Shown: positions 12,943-22,876 of the stretch, in pieces | Layout of the letters: each line of letters starts with the position of its first letter | How positions within the stretch are numbered: the first letter of the stretch is position 1 | Assembly (NCBI GenBank): GCA_039815375.1 | Contig: JBCBZJ010000002.1 | Span: 192,001 to 256,000 of the forward strand | Direction of reading: 5' to 3' | DNA length: 64,000 nucleotides | Origin: Verrucomicrobiota bacterium | Lineage (GTDB): Bacteria; Verrucomicrobiota; Verrucomicrobiia; Opitutales; Coraliomargaritaceae | Notes under the pieces: generated by a model | What the model saw: the letters and a program-made list of their open reading frames with translations, nothing else | Database searches by the model: none | What the model was told of the DNA's origin: nothing | Made by a program: the position numbers and the translations under genes

Positions 12943-13832
12943 AAATAGCGATCCATCACATCACACAACATGACTACGAGAATGAGGTTAGTTTCGGGAA
13001 CCACTCGCTCTACCTACGCCCCCTGGACAGTCATCGCAGACGGGTGCATGAGTTTTCAGTAGAGACCAAACCAGAGTCGATTCAGCGCTGGGTGCGCGAT
13101 GTCTATGGCAATATTGTCCTCGTTTGTGATTTTGGGCTCAAAACCTCGCGGACACTTCGCTTTGACACCAAAATGATCGTTGAGGTGGAGGATGACAATC
13201 CCTACGACTTCATCCTTGAGCCCCACGCAGTGGCCTATCCCTTCACCTACACCGAGCTGGAGCAACAATCCCTACAGCCTTTCTTCGGAGGCGCGGCCAA
13301 GCCTGGCGAACTCCGCGTCTTGGATTGGTTCTACTCCGCCGTCGAGGAGCCATTACAACACTCAAGCGTGGTTAAGTTCCTCTCGGATCTGAATGAAGCT
13401 ATCCGACGGGATATTGCCTACGTTACACGGCATGAGGAGGGGATTCAGGATCCTGATACGACTTTGCAGGACTGCAGAGGCTCCTGCCGTGATATGGCAG
13501 TGCTTTTGATGTCGGCCGCTCGACAGCTTGGGTTGGCTGCGCGCTTTGTCAGTGGCTACCTCTACGACCCACCGGTTGATTCAGGCGGTGAACACGCCTT
13601 TAACCGGGCAGTCGGATCAATGCACGCCTGGGTTGAAGTCTATCTTCCTGGAGCAGGCTGGAAGGGCTTTGATCCAACCAATGGAATTCTTGCGAATAGC
13701 TATTTTCTGCCGTCGGCCGTATCGCACGATCCACTTTTCGTGAATCCGATTCAGGGCCAGTATTTTTCCGAGACCCCGAGTGCCTCTAAACTCTCGGTCG
13801 AACTTTCGCTTGAGGAGGTGAAGGTTGGCTAA
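12939..13832 (+). CDS. Transglutaminase family protein
   Basis: GSCRDMA, ARFVSGYL, HAWVEVYLPGAGWKGFDPTNG. Confidence 0.92.
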   Translation: MKIAIHHITQHDYENEVSFGNHSLYLRPLDSHRRRVHEFSVETKPESIQRWVRDVYGNIVLVCDFGLKTSRTLRFDTKMIVEVEDDNPYDFILEPHAVAYPFTYTELEQQSLQPFFGGAAKPGELRVLDWFYSAVEEPLQHSSVVKFLSDLNEAIRRDIAYVTRHEEGIQDPDTTLQDCRGSCRDMAVLLMSAARQLGLAARFVSGYLYDPPVDSGGEHAFNRAVGSMHAWVEVYLPGAGWKGFDPTNGILANSYFLPSAVSHDPLFVNPIQGQYFSETPSASKLSVELSLEEVKVG

Positions 13833-15936
13833 ATCACCCGAGAAACTTGCAGAGAAGATCGATAGCTGGTTCAAATCAGAGGATATCGAGCTTACCATGG
13901 GAGGCGAGCCGACCTTTGTGCCTGCTGTTCCTGAAGCTGCCGAATGGAATACGGCGGCGATGGGCGATGAGAAGCTTGGCTATGCCCGTCGTATGGCCAG
14001 CGAGTTGCTCAGTGACGTTTACCCGGGTGCTCTTGCTATGCAGGTTTTTGGCAAATGGTATCCGGGCGAGCCGCTTCCACGTTGGAATATTCTTACCATG
14101 CAGAAGCGGGATGGTGCTCCATTGTGGCCAACACCGTCACGACTCCTACTCGACGATATTACGGGTGGGAATACGAAGGATATTGCCACAGATTTCATGG
14201 ATCGCCTGGCGCGCAAATTGAAGCTCAAGCGTTTCGTGCTCGAAGCAGTGGAACAGAATGAGAAAAAAACGCATTCTGGATGGGTGCTTCCTTTGAAGTC
14301 TACCTCCCGCAAGTGGGCTTCGGCGAAATGGCCTTTCACCAATAGGCGTCCAATCCAACTTTTCTCGGGCGAGAGCCCGATCGGCTTACGCTTGCCCCTC
14401 GACCAGTTGCCAAAGGGCTGCCTTCGGACGGCTTTGACCGTCGAAGTGCGGCATGGTGCGCTAGAGATTTTCATTCCACCGCTGGCTTGGGAGACTTTTG
14501 AGGCCCTTATCGGATTGATCCGCGAATTGGTTGAAGTTCTCGATCTAAAAGACCTCGTTTTTTGCGGATACGGGCCGGAGGAAAGCGGCGATGCGCTCAT
14601 TAGACTAGGTCTGGCGGCGGACCCCGGTGTGCTAGAAGTCAACCTGCCGCCCTGCGCAAGTTGGGAGGAATACGACCTTGTGCTCAAACAATGCGAGTAT
14701 GCCGCTTCAGCGGTGAAGTTGCAGTTTACCAAGTTTCAGCTCAACGGTATCGTCTATGGCACAGGCGGCGGATCTCATCTGACTTTTGGCGGTCCGGATT
14801 TGGAAAGTAATCCGTTCTTACAGGATCCTGGCCGTATCACTTCGCTACTTCGCTACTGGCAGCATCACCCTGCCTTGTCTTACCTCTTTTCCGGAGCATA
14901 TGTAGGACCCGGTAGTCAGGCCCCTCGTGTCGACGAGGGACCAATGCACGGGCTTTACGAGCTTGAGGTTGCTTGCGAAGGGATTGAAAAGTCGAATCCT
15001 GCGCCGAGCGGCGAATATATAGATCAGTTTCTTAAGAACCTGATGACTGATTCCTCCGGTAACACCCATCGGGCCGAGGTCTGTTTTGACAAGTTTCACA
15101 ATTATGCCACGTCCAACGGTCGCCTTGGTATTGTCGAAATGCGTGCCTTCGAAACCTTTCAGGATGCAGAAACCATGTCGCGCATCGCACTCTTCGTTCG
15201 CGCAGTCCTTGCCAGGCTTTTCAAGGCTCCTTTCTGCGATCCGCTGCTTCGTTTTGGTCCCAAGCTACATGATCGCTATTTCCTGCCCGCCTTCCTTTGG
15301 AAAGACTTCAAGGTGATGTGCAAGGATTTGAAGGCACACGGCTTTGCCTTCGATCCTAAATGGCTGCACCACGCCTTTGAGTTCCGCTTCCCCAAGCTTG
15401 GCAGGATGGAGTTGAAAGGTGGCGTAATTGAGCTGAGACAGGCCTTTGAGAGTTGGCCACTCATGGCCGAAGAGAGTCAGGAAAGCACGACGATCCGGGT
15501 AGTGGACAATTCCAGCGATCGCATACAGCTCACACTCTCGGACCAGGAACTACTCAATAAGGGCACCCTCCTGGTCAACGGGATCGAAGTGCCCTTTAAG
15601 AAAGTTAGCGGGCAGATGATTTGTGGCATTCGCTACAAATCTGCCAGTGCCTATCCTGCCTTGCATCCGCACGTGCCCATCCAGTCGCCACTTTTACTGG
15701 AATGGGTCGAGAAGAAGTCAGGTAAGACCAGGCAGGCGATGCACTACCACTATTGGAATCCGCGTGGAGACATCTACAAAGGTCGACCAAAGACCGAAAG
15801 GGACGCTGCCAAGCGCCGGAATGAGCGCTGGCAAACCGCAGATGGGCTTATCGGTAGAAAACCTGAGATCCAAAAGGCGAAACTCGCGCCCGAGTACAGC
15901 TATACTTTGGATCTGAGAAGGCAGCTCAGTGTTTAG
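13825..15936 (+). CDS. Putative amidoligase (DUF2126, COOH-NH2 ligase fold), standalone
   Basis: LTMGGEPTFV, GKWYPGEPLPRW, DPGVLEVN, GTGGGSHLTFGG, GNTHRAE and GRLGIVEMRAFE motifs; TTG start overlapping the upstream gene. Confidence 0.85.
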   Translation: MAKSPEKLAEKIDSWFKSEDIELTMGGEPTFVPAVPEAAEWNTAAMGDEKLGYARRMASELLSDVYPGALAMQVFGKWYPGEPLPRWNILTMQKRDGAPLWPTPSRLLLDDITGGNTKDIATDFMDRLARKLKLKRFVLEAVEQNEKKTHSGWVLPLKSTSRKWASAKWPFTNRRPIQLFSGESPIGLRLPLDQLPKGCLRTALTVEVRHGALEIFIPPLAWETFEALIGLIRELVEVLDLKDLVFCGYGPEESGDALIRLGLAADPGVLEVNLPPCASWEEYDLVLKQCEYAASAVKLQFTKFQLNGIVYGTGGGSHLTFGGPDLESNPFLQDPGRITSLLRYWQHHPALSYLFSGAYVGPGSQAPRVDEGPMHGLYELEVACEGIEKSNPAPSGEYIDQFLKNLMTDSSGNTHRAEVCFDKFHNYATSNGRLGIVEMRAFETFQDAETMSRIALFVRAVLARLFKAPFCDPLLRFGPKLHDRYFLPAFLWKDFKVMCKDLKAHGFAFDPKWLHHAFEFRFPKLGRMELKGGVIELRQAFESWPLMAEESQESTTIRVVDNSSDRIQLTLSDQELLNKGTLLVNGIEVPFKKVSGQMICGIRYKSASAYPALHPHVPIQSPLLLEWVEKKSGKTRQAMHYHYWNPRGDIYKGRPKTERDAAKRRNERWQTADGLIGRKPEIQKAKLAPEYSYTLDLRRQLSV

Positions 15937-16199
15937 AGAGGAGTTGATGACTCGAGTCGTCACTCTACGTCGGTTCTAATCGCAACGATTCTGAATATCC
16001 CGAATAGTCCTGAAAATGTTCAATGCGCAATACTGTATAAACTATGGGCGTTGGGCATTGTGGCTTCTGATCACACAACCATGTCTTCGCAGTAAGATAG
16101 AGAGTTTACGATATTTGCTGTGAGCATGCGTGATCTCCTCCGCCTGCTTAGCATTGAATAGAAGGCAGGCGTGGAAGAGGGAGGGGTTCAGAGTAAATA

Positions 16200-16229
16200 A
16201 AAACGCCGCAGTTTTAGCTGCGGCGTTTT
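16200..16229. terminator. Intrinsic terminator, probably bidirectional
   Basis: Perfect inverted repeat AAAACGCCGCAG-ttttag-CTGCGGCGTTTT between convergent transcription units. Confidence 0.8.
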
Positions 16230-16265
16230 GAAAGAGGAATGTTTGATAAGGAAAGCTATAGGATC

Positions 16266-16403
16266 TCAAAAGCCCGGGGCTCCACGCTCCCAATCGGCAG
16301 GACGACTCCAAGGCACTGCTGTATCATCAGGCGTAGCGTTGAAACAGCCAGCGAGTCCGAGTGTGCTTGTGCAAATTGCCAGGACGATGAGAAGTCTTAT
16401 CAT
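16266..16403 (-). CDS. Small lipoprotein, 45 aa (not in the supplied ORF track)
   Basis: Manual translation gives MIRLLIVLAICTSTLGLAGCFNATPDDTAVPWSRPADWERGAPGF*. Signal peptide with LAGC lipobox; starts 17 nt after the upstream stop and is followed by the terminator. Confidence 0.8.
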   Translation of the reverse strand: MIRLLIVLAICTSTLGLAGCFNATPDDTAVPWSRPADWERGAPGF

Positions 16404-16420
16404 GCTTTTATGGAATCTAG

Positions 16421-17263
16421 TTATCGTAGAAGTTTAACGCTATCTCCAGCTGCGAGACCACTGCTGAGGACACCGGGAAGAATGTTGGCGATTGCCAGAG
16501 TTTCTGTCACCGTCGAAATCTGGACCTTCCCGACAGCCTGAAGATCTTGAACCAACGTGATGGTCTGTCCTGGGGCAAGACCCAGCTCGGGTCGGCTATC
16601 GAGCACAAGAAGACCGCTCGATGAGCTGACATTTTGAATAGTTGTGGCGGGGCCAACACTGACGGGAGAGATGGTTCCACCAGCTGTTGGGTCAAGGCTT
16701 AGGCTAACTCCACTGCCTGCGACGGGTGCAACGGTTGCTGGGCCGGATGCAGCGAGGGCGGTGTTTTTCGGGAGTGCTTTGGCCTCTTCAAGATCTGCCT
16801 CCAATTCTTCATTGGCTTCGGATAGCTCAGCAATGCGTTCGTTAAGCTGATTGATTTCTGCTTCTCGGCTGGCAGAGGCCAGTTTTTGTTCGGTGTCGAG
16901 TAGGTCGGCCCGAAGGCGGCGTGTGGTATCTTCGAGTTCTTCGATGCTACCACGTGCCTGCGTCATATCCTGCTGGGCCTTGGTCAGCTCCTGACGAGAG
17001 GTATAAAGCTCTGCGCGGACACCTTCGAGGTTTCGTTTGGTCTCAGCAGCCTTGTTACGTTCGGTGTTCAGGTTGGCTTCCAACTCACCAATCTTTCCAT
17101 TAGCGGTGGTTAGCTCGGCTCTACTTGTGTCGGCCGCTTCCTGTGCGTCGTTGAGTTGCGCGTCCAACTCCGCAAGCTTACCTTTGCTCACGAAGAAAAT
17201 TACGGCAGCCGCGACTGCTGCCGCGATCGCGAAGACGCGAAGGATTAGGGATAGGTATTTCAT
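16421..17263 (-). CDS. Hypothetical membrane-anchored coiled-coil protein with a C-terminal beta domain
   Basis: N-terminal hydrophobic anchor, long heptad-rich E/L/A region, Pro/Ala linker, small beta-rich C-terminus. Confidence 0.75.
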   Translation of the reverse strand: MKYLSLILRVFAIAAAVAAAVIFFVSKGKLAELDAQLNDAQEAADTSRAELTTANGKIGELEANLNTERNKAAETKRNLEGVRAELYTSRQELTKAQQDMTQARGSIEELEDTTRRLRADLLDTEQKLASASREAEINQLNERIAELSEANEELEADLEEAKALPKNTALAASGPATVAPVAGSGVSLSLDPTAGGTISPVSVGPATTIQNVSSSSGLLVLDSRPELGLAPGQTITLVQDLQAVGKVQISTVTETLAIANILPGVLSSGLAAGDSVKLLR

Positions 17264-17284
17264 GGTAGTTGGGATTTGTTCGAG

Positions 17285-18859
17285 TTATACAGTGTAAAAT
17301 AGACTATCGGTGATGGGTGATTTGCTTTCCATGGCGATGCCACGGTCGTTTGCAGCCAGATGGGTGAGTAACTTGAATATGAGTTCGGCTGCCGAATCTT
17401 GATTTAAGTTTTGTGCAATCGTAACAGTAGTCAATCGTTCTCCGGGCCTTTCGGCGAGAGTTTTTACAATGGCTCTTTCGAGCTCTAGCACGCCTGCGGC
17501 AGCTTTTTTGCCAGCCTCGACACCGGGTTGATGATAGGCGTTTATATTGACCAATGTGGCGTAAAAACCGACCGCACGTTCAAAGAGTGCGATGAGTTGG
17601 CCGACAGCTTCGGGAGTAACCTCGTCGATTGTGATAGTGATCGACTGACGGCCATTTTCATAGAGTGCATCGCGAGTGCCAAGATAGAAGCCTTGGAGGA
17701 AGTCGCCGGCGGTGATGCCTTCTTCGACTTCGATGGATGCGCCGGCGCGGTCTTTGAGCACTTCAATGAAAGTGACGAAGAAATTGTGCACGCCTTCACG
17801 GAGCTGCTGCACGTAAGCGTGCTGGTCAGTCGAGCCCTTGTTACCATAAACGGCGATACCCTGATTGACAATGGCACCGGCGAGGTCGAATTCCTTGCCG
17901 AGCGACTCCATGACGAGTTGTTGAAGGTATTTTGAAAAGAGCATGAGCCGGTCTTTGTAAGGTAACACGACCATGTCTTTCGCACCTTTGCCGTCGGTCG
18001 CAAAATGCCACATCAGTGCGAGCAGGGCGGCGGGGTTTTGTGCAGTCTCGTTACTGCGGGTTGCGGCGTCCATGGCAGCGGCACCGGCGAGCATCCGGTC
18101 AATGTCGAGGCCTTGAAGTGCTGCAGGGAGTAGGCCGACTGCGGCGAGTTCTGAGGTGCGTCCGCCAACCCAGTCCCACATGGGGAGGCGGGCAAGCCAG
18201 CCTTCGGATACAGCGACGCCATCAAGCTTGGAACCTTCTCCGGTGATGGCGATTGCGTGCTTTGCAAATTCGAGGCCAGCGGCACTGTAGGCGGCTTGAG
18301 CCTCAAGCATTCCGTTGCGGGTTTCGGGAGTGCCGCCGGATTTTGAAATGACAACGGAGAGCGTTGCGCCGAGCTGTCCTTCGAGAGCTTCGAGGGTGCG
18401 GTCAATGCCGTCCGGGTCAGTATTGTCGAAGAAAAAGAGCTTCATCTTGTCGCCCTTTTGGCTTCCCAGGGCGTCGGCCACAAACTGTGGTCCAAGAGCG
18501 GAGCCGCCGATGCCGACGACAAGGCAGTTTTTGAATGGGCCATTTGCGCCGGCGAGCTCTCCGGCGTGAACATCGGCAGCGATTTGCCTGATATCGGCGA
18601 GGCAGGTTTCGATCGCACTGGTAAGTTCCGGCTGCGGTGCAAGTGCTGCATTTCGTAGCCAGTAGTGGCCAACCATTCGGTTTTCGTCCGGATTGGCGAT
18701 GGCACCGGCCTCGAGCTCAGTCATCGCAGTGAACGCGGCCTGCATTTTTGGCTCCATTTCGGCAAGGAATTCGTCGCCGAAATCGATGCGGCTGATATCG
18801 AGTGCGAAATCGAGCTCAGGCAGTGAAAGGTAATGCTTCGTGAATTTTTCCCAGGACAT
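17285..18859 (-). CDS. pgi: Glucose-6-phosphate isomerase
   Basis: [45 protein letters not shown]. Confidence 0.97.
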   Translation of the reverse strand: MSWEKFTKHYLSLPELDFALDISRIDFGDEFLAEMEPKMQAAFTAMTELEAGAIANPDENRMVGHYWLRNAALAPQPELTSAIETCLADIRQIAADVHAGELAGANGPFKNCLVVGIGGSALGPQFVADALGSQKGDKMKLFFFDNTDPDGIDRTLEALEGQLGATLSVVISKSGGTPETRNGMLEAQAAYSAAGLEFAKHAIAITGEGSKLDGVAVSEGWLARLPMWDWVGGRTSELAAVGLLPAALQGLDIDRMLAGAAAMDAATRSNETAQNPAALLALMWHFATDGKGAKDMVVLPYKDRLMLFSKYLQQLVMESLGKEFDLAGAIVNQGIAVYGNKGSTDQHAYVQQLREGVHNFFVTFIEVLKDRAGASIEVEEGITAGDFLQGFYLGTRDALYENGRQSITITIDEVTPEAVGQLIALFERAVGFYATLVNINAYHQPGVEAGKKAAAGVLELERAIVKTLAERPGERLTTVTIAQNLNQDSAAELIFKLLTHLAANDRGIAMESKSPITDSLFYTV

Positions 18860-18891
18860 AATTATTTAATATAAAAGTGGAGGTTTGAAAT

Positions 18892-20607
18892 TTAAAGATT
18901 CTTGTCGGTGACGGCACCATCGGAAGCGGTGGCAACGAGAGCGGCGTATTTACCGAGCACGCCGCGTGTTTCTCCGGGGCCCTTCGGCTCAAAAGCCGCC
19001 ATGCGGGACTCGTATTCGTCGTCGTCGATCAGAACATTCATGCTGTTCTTCACTGCGTCGATTTCGATCATGTCGCCACTCTTTACGATCCCGATCGGCC
19101 CCCCCTTGGCAGCCTCGGGTGTAATATGCCCCACATCAAATCCATGACTGCCACCGGAGAAGCGTCCGTCAGTAATCAGAGCAACCTCTTTGATCAGCCC
19201 GCGGCCAGCAACTGCACTGGTTGGCGAAAGCATTTCACGCATTCCGGGTCCACCGACAGGGCCTTCGTTGCGAATGACGACGACGTCGCCGGAAACGACA
19301 TCGCCACGAAGGATCGCGATCAGAGCTTCTTCTTCGCCCTCGTAGACTTTGGCCGTGCCTTTGAAGTAAAGACCTTCCTTGCCGGTGATTTTACCGACTG
19401 CGCCACCAGGGGCTAGATTACCGCGAAGGATACGAAGGTGGGTGCTGCTTTTAATCGGGTCGTCCCATGGGCGGATAACGTCTTGTTCATCCGGGAAGCT
19501 TGCATAAGGCTGCACGTTTTTCAGAGATTCGGCCAGCGTCTCACCCGTTACGGTGAGTGCGTCGCCATGGAGGAGTCCGCGGTCGAGCAGCATCTTCATC
19601 ATTGGGCGAATACCGCCGATGCGGATGAGGTGGTTCATACTGTATTTGCCAAAGGGTTTGAGGTCGCCCATGACGGGCACACGTTCACCGAGTTCGGCAA
19701 AGTCATCAATGGTCAGTGGCACGTCGCAGGAATGCGCGATGGCAAGCAAGTGAAGCACGAGATTGGTTGAGCCGCCTAGCGCAACGCAGGTCGTGATGGC
19801 ATTTTCAAAGGCCTCGCGAGTCATGATATCGCGCGGAGTGATGCCTTTCTCGAGCATCGTGACGACCGCTTTGCCAGCCATCTCGCAGTCCTTGCGTTTG
19901 GACTCACTGACGGCGGCTTGGGCCGAACTGCCGGGTAGACTCATTCCGAGGGCCTCGATCGCGCTGGCCAGGGTGTTAGCGGTATACATGCCGCCGCAGG
20001 AGCCTGCACCGGGAATGGCATATTTCTCGACCTCCTTGAGTTCCTCATCGGTAAGCTCGCCCTTCGCGTGTTTGCCAACGGCTTCGAAGACCGAGACAAT
20101 ATCCATCGGGTTGCACTGCTCCTCCTCGTCTTTTGGGAGGAAGCCTGGAAGGATGGTGCCACCATAGACGAAAACCGCCGGGCGATTGAGGCGGGCGATT
20201 GCGATCATGCAGCCAGGCATATTTTTATCACAGCCACCGATGGCCACGAGACCATCAAAGCCTTCTGCCGCGACCGTGGTTTCGATGGAGTCGGCGATCA
20301 CGTCACGCGAAACGAGACTGTAGCGCATACCCTTTGTGCCCATGCTGATACCGTCGGAAACGGTGATGGTGCTGAAGTTGACTGCCTTGCCGCCTGCCTT
20401 ATTAATCCCGTTTGTAGCGTGTTTGGCGAGGTCGCCGAGGTGCATGTTGCAGGGAGTCAGGTCGCTGGGGGAACCGACTACGGAGATCTGTGGTTTTTGA
20501 AAGTCGACATCTTCAAAGCCGACAGCGCGCAACATCGAGCGGGCAGGCGCGCGGTCATGGCCATCGACGACGACGGAGGAGTGGGGACGTTTGTTTCGTT
20601 CAGCCAT
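18892..20607 (-). CDS. ilvD: Dihydroxy-acid dehydratase
   Basis: PCNMHL, SDGISMGT, GCDKNMPG, CGGMYTANT, LITDGRFSGG. Confidence 0.97.
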   Translation of the reverse strand: MAERNKRPHSSVVVDGHDRAPARSMLRAVGFEDVDFQKPQISVVGSPSDLTPCNMHLGDLAKHATNGINKAGGKAVNFSTITVSDGISMGTKGMRYSLVSRDVIADSIETTVAAEGFDGLVAIGGCDKNMPGCMIAIARLNRPAVFVYGGTILPGFLPKDEEEQCNPMDIVSVFEAVGKHAKGELTDEELKEVEKYAIPGAGSCGGMYTANTLASAIEALGMSLPGSSAQAAVSESKRKDCEMAGKAVVTMLEKGITPRDIMTREAFENAITTCVALGGSTNLVLHLLAIAHSCDVPLTIDDFAELGERVPVMGDLKPFGKYSMNHLIRIGGIRPMMKMLLDRGLLHGDALTVTGETLAESLKNVQPYASFPDEQDVIRPWDDPIKSSTHLRILRGNLAPGGAVGKITGKEGLYFKGTAKVYEGEEEALIAILRGDVVSGDVVVIRNEGPVGGPGMREMLSPTSAVAGRGLIKEVALITDGRFSGGSHGFDVGHITPEAAKGGPIGIVKSGDMIEIDAVKNSMNVLIDDDEYESRMAAFEPKGPGETRGVLGKYAALVATASDGAVTDKNL

Positions 20608-20741
20608 TATCTTTGTCTTTAATTCGTTGGTCCGGGTCTTTCTCGTTGCAGAAAAACCGGGAATTCAATCAATAGCGGATATCTCGACAACTCCCTTTTT
20701 GCTCTACAAGGCCGATATTAGCTATTTCAGTAACGCGTTAT

Positions 20742-21533
20742 ATGGATTTTGACCTGAAAAAGACTCTCGAAGCACTTCTTCTCTCCACCGCTGAACCAAT
20801 TACAATGAAACAATTGGTAAAGCTTTTTACACGTTTCCACGAGGAGGCAACTGCGGCTGCAGAGGAAGCAAAAGAGTCCACGGAAGAAGATGCGAATGAA
20901 GTTGAGTTGCCGAATCTGGTCACGCAGGCGCAGATTCTTGAGATTGTTACCGCTTTAATGGATGCGGCAGAGGTTGAAGACAAGGCCTACCGCATTATTG
21001 AGGGACCGAACGGTTACCAGATCGTAACTGCACCGCAGTTTGCAGAGTTTGTTCGGCTGCTTCGAGGAGAGCCGCGTCCAATGAAGTTGAGTCCCGCTGC
21101 TCTTGAAACCATGTCGATCGTCGCTTACCGTCAACCGGTGACACGAGCCGAAATGGAAGCGATCAGAGGTGTCTCGGTGGATAGTGCACTGAACAAACTG
21201 CTTGAGCTTGAGCTGGTCCATGTAACGGGTCGCGCGGAACTTCCCGGCCGCCCGATTCAGTATGGCACTACGGATAAGTTTCTCGAGTTCACCGGTATTA
21301 AGGAGCTCGACGAGTTACCCGCATCCGATGTGTTGACCAACCATCAGATCGACGAATGGATGCGGCGCAGCGATGAGCCTGTGGAAGAGATTTCTGATGA
21401 AGATGTCGGTCTGGCAAGAGAGCCTAACCCGGATGAACTGCCGTTGGATCAAGCTTTTGCCGAAATCGACTGGCAGGCTGAAAATGCTGAGAGTGATGCG
21501 GCTGATCAGGTTGCTGAAGTTGACGAAAAGTAG
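20742..21533 (+). CDS. scpB: SMC-Scp complex subunit ScpB
   Basis: LEALL, LSPAALETMSIVAYRQPVTRAE..IRGV, GRP..YGTT..FL..GI..LDELP. Confidence 0.95.
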   Translation: MDFDLKKTLEALLLSTAEPITMKQLVKLFTRFHEEATAAAEEAKESTEEDANEVELPNLVTQAQILEIVTALMDAAEVEDKAYRIIEGPNGYQIVTAPQFAEFVRLLRGEPRPMKLSPAALETMSIVAYRQPVTRAEMEAIRGVSVDSALNKLLELELVHVTGRAELPGRPIQYGTTDKFLEFTGIKELDELPASDVLTNHQIDEWMRRSDEPVEEISDEDVGLAREPNPDELPLDQAFAEIDWQAENAESDAADQVAEVDEK

Positions 21534-21539
21534 GACCTT

Positions 21540-22835
21540 ATGGCCGAAAATATTAACTTACAGCTCCAGCAACACCGCGATGCCATCGACTCGATCGATA
21601 ATCAGGTTGTTGATCTCCTGAATCAACGCGTCCAGCAGGATGGCGGCCGCAGCGAGGAAGAGGTTCTCGAGAAAGTTGCCCGGATGAACAATGGGCCACT
21701 TTCTGATGAGAGCCTCCAAGCAATCTATACCTCGTTGATGGTTGCAGGTATGGCGTTGACAGCAGAAGCCCGAGACCCGGATGAAGTGGATCAATCAGAT
21801 CTGAAGATTATCAGTTTGCTCAGCCAGCGGGTGAAGGAGGCAGGTGCTATTGGGAAGATTAAACATGCCAACGGTGCAGATTACTACGATCCAACGCGCG
21901 AGGCCATTGTCATGGCTAAGGTCAAGGGGTTGAATACGGGTCCGATCAGCGACGCGACGATCCAGTCCGTTTATCGTGAGGTTATTTCCGGGTCTATTTC
22001 TTTGGAGAAGAAACTTGTAATCGGCTACCTCGGACCCGAAGCGACCTACACACATCAGGCTGCTATCCGAAATTTCGGTGTGAGTCTGGATTATCGTGCA
22101 ATCAAAACGATACCAGATGTTTTTGCTGAGGTTGAGAGTGGTAAAGCGGATTATGGTGTCATTCCGATTGAAAACTCTACAGAAGGAGCCGTTTTCCACT
22201 CTATGGATATGCTGGTCGAGTCCGAGCTGCATATTTGTTCCCAGGTCTATTTGCCGATTGAGCATTGTTTGATTTCGCATTCGCCACTCGATGCAATCAA
22301 GGAGGTCTGCTCCAAGGATCAGGCGATCGGTCAATGCCGCGATTGGCTGCATGCAAATCTTTCAGATGTCGCCAGCAGGGACGTGGTCAGCACTGCCGAA
22401 GCCGTTCGATTGGCGAGCAAAGATCCCTCGCTCGCGGCGATCGCTAGTTCACTTTCCGCGCAGTATTATGGCGTGCCTATCGTTGAACGGGGGATTCAGG
22501 ATCGAAATGACAACGTCACGCGCTTTCTTGTGATTGGCAAAACGCGGGCGAAACCCCTTTGTCAGGGGCTTGATAAAACGAGCTTGGTAATCTCTCTTAA
22601 GGACCAACCAGGTGCGCTGGAGAAAACGCTCCGTCCATTCGCTTCTCGCAGTCTAAACCTAAGTAAAATCGAGTCACGGCCGAGCCGGAAGAAGGCCTGG
22701 GACTATCTCTTTTTCATCGATTTTATCGGGCACTATGAAGACGCTGTGGTGCAGGATGCGTTGAAGGAGCTCCGTGAGCACTGCGAGTTCGTCAAATGGC
22801 TGGGTAGCTATCCGAATTTGCCGCGCGGCGACTAG
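21540..22835 (+). CDS. pheA: Chorismate mutase/prephenate dehydratase (P-protein) with a duplicated AroQ domain
   Basis: YLGPEATYT, PIENSTEG, NVTRFLVIG and ACT-domain LSKIESRPS; two AroQ-like repeats in aa 1-158. Confidence 0.93.
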   Translation: MAENINLQLQQHRDAIDSIDNQVVDLLNQRVQQDGGRSEEEVLEKVARMNNGPLSDESLQAIYTSLMVAGMALTAEARDPDEVDQSDLKIISLLSQRVKEAGAIGKIKHANGADYYDPTREAIVMAKVKGLNTGPISDATIQSVYREVISGSISLEKKLVIGYLGPEATYTHQAAIRNFGVSLDYRAIKTIPDVFAEVESGKADYGVIPIENSTEGAVFHSMDMLVESELHICSQVYLPIEHCLISHSPLDAIKEVCSKDQAIGQCRDWLHANLSDVASRDVVSTAEAVRLASKDPSLAAIASSLSAQYYGVPIVERGIQDRNDNVTRFLVIGKTRAKPLCQGLDKTSLVISLKDQPGALEKTLRPFASRSLNLSKIESRPSRKKAWDYLFFIDFIGHYEDAVVQDALKELREHCEFVKWLGSYPNLPRGD

Positions 22836-22876
22836 CCTGAGAGTTGATTTCTCAAAATCGTTCGGACGAATTGATT

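Noticed and set aside
16042..16541. Track ORFs 16042-16311, 16228-16437 and 16239-16541
   Set aside because: They overlap the better supported 45-aa lipoprotein, and in part the terminator or the upstream gene, and show no protein-like features.
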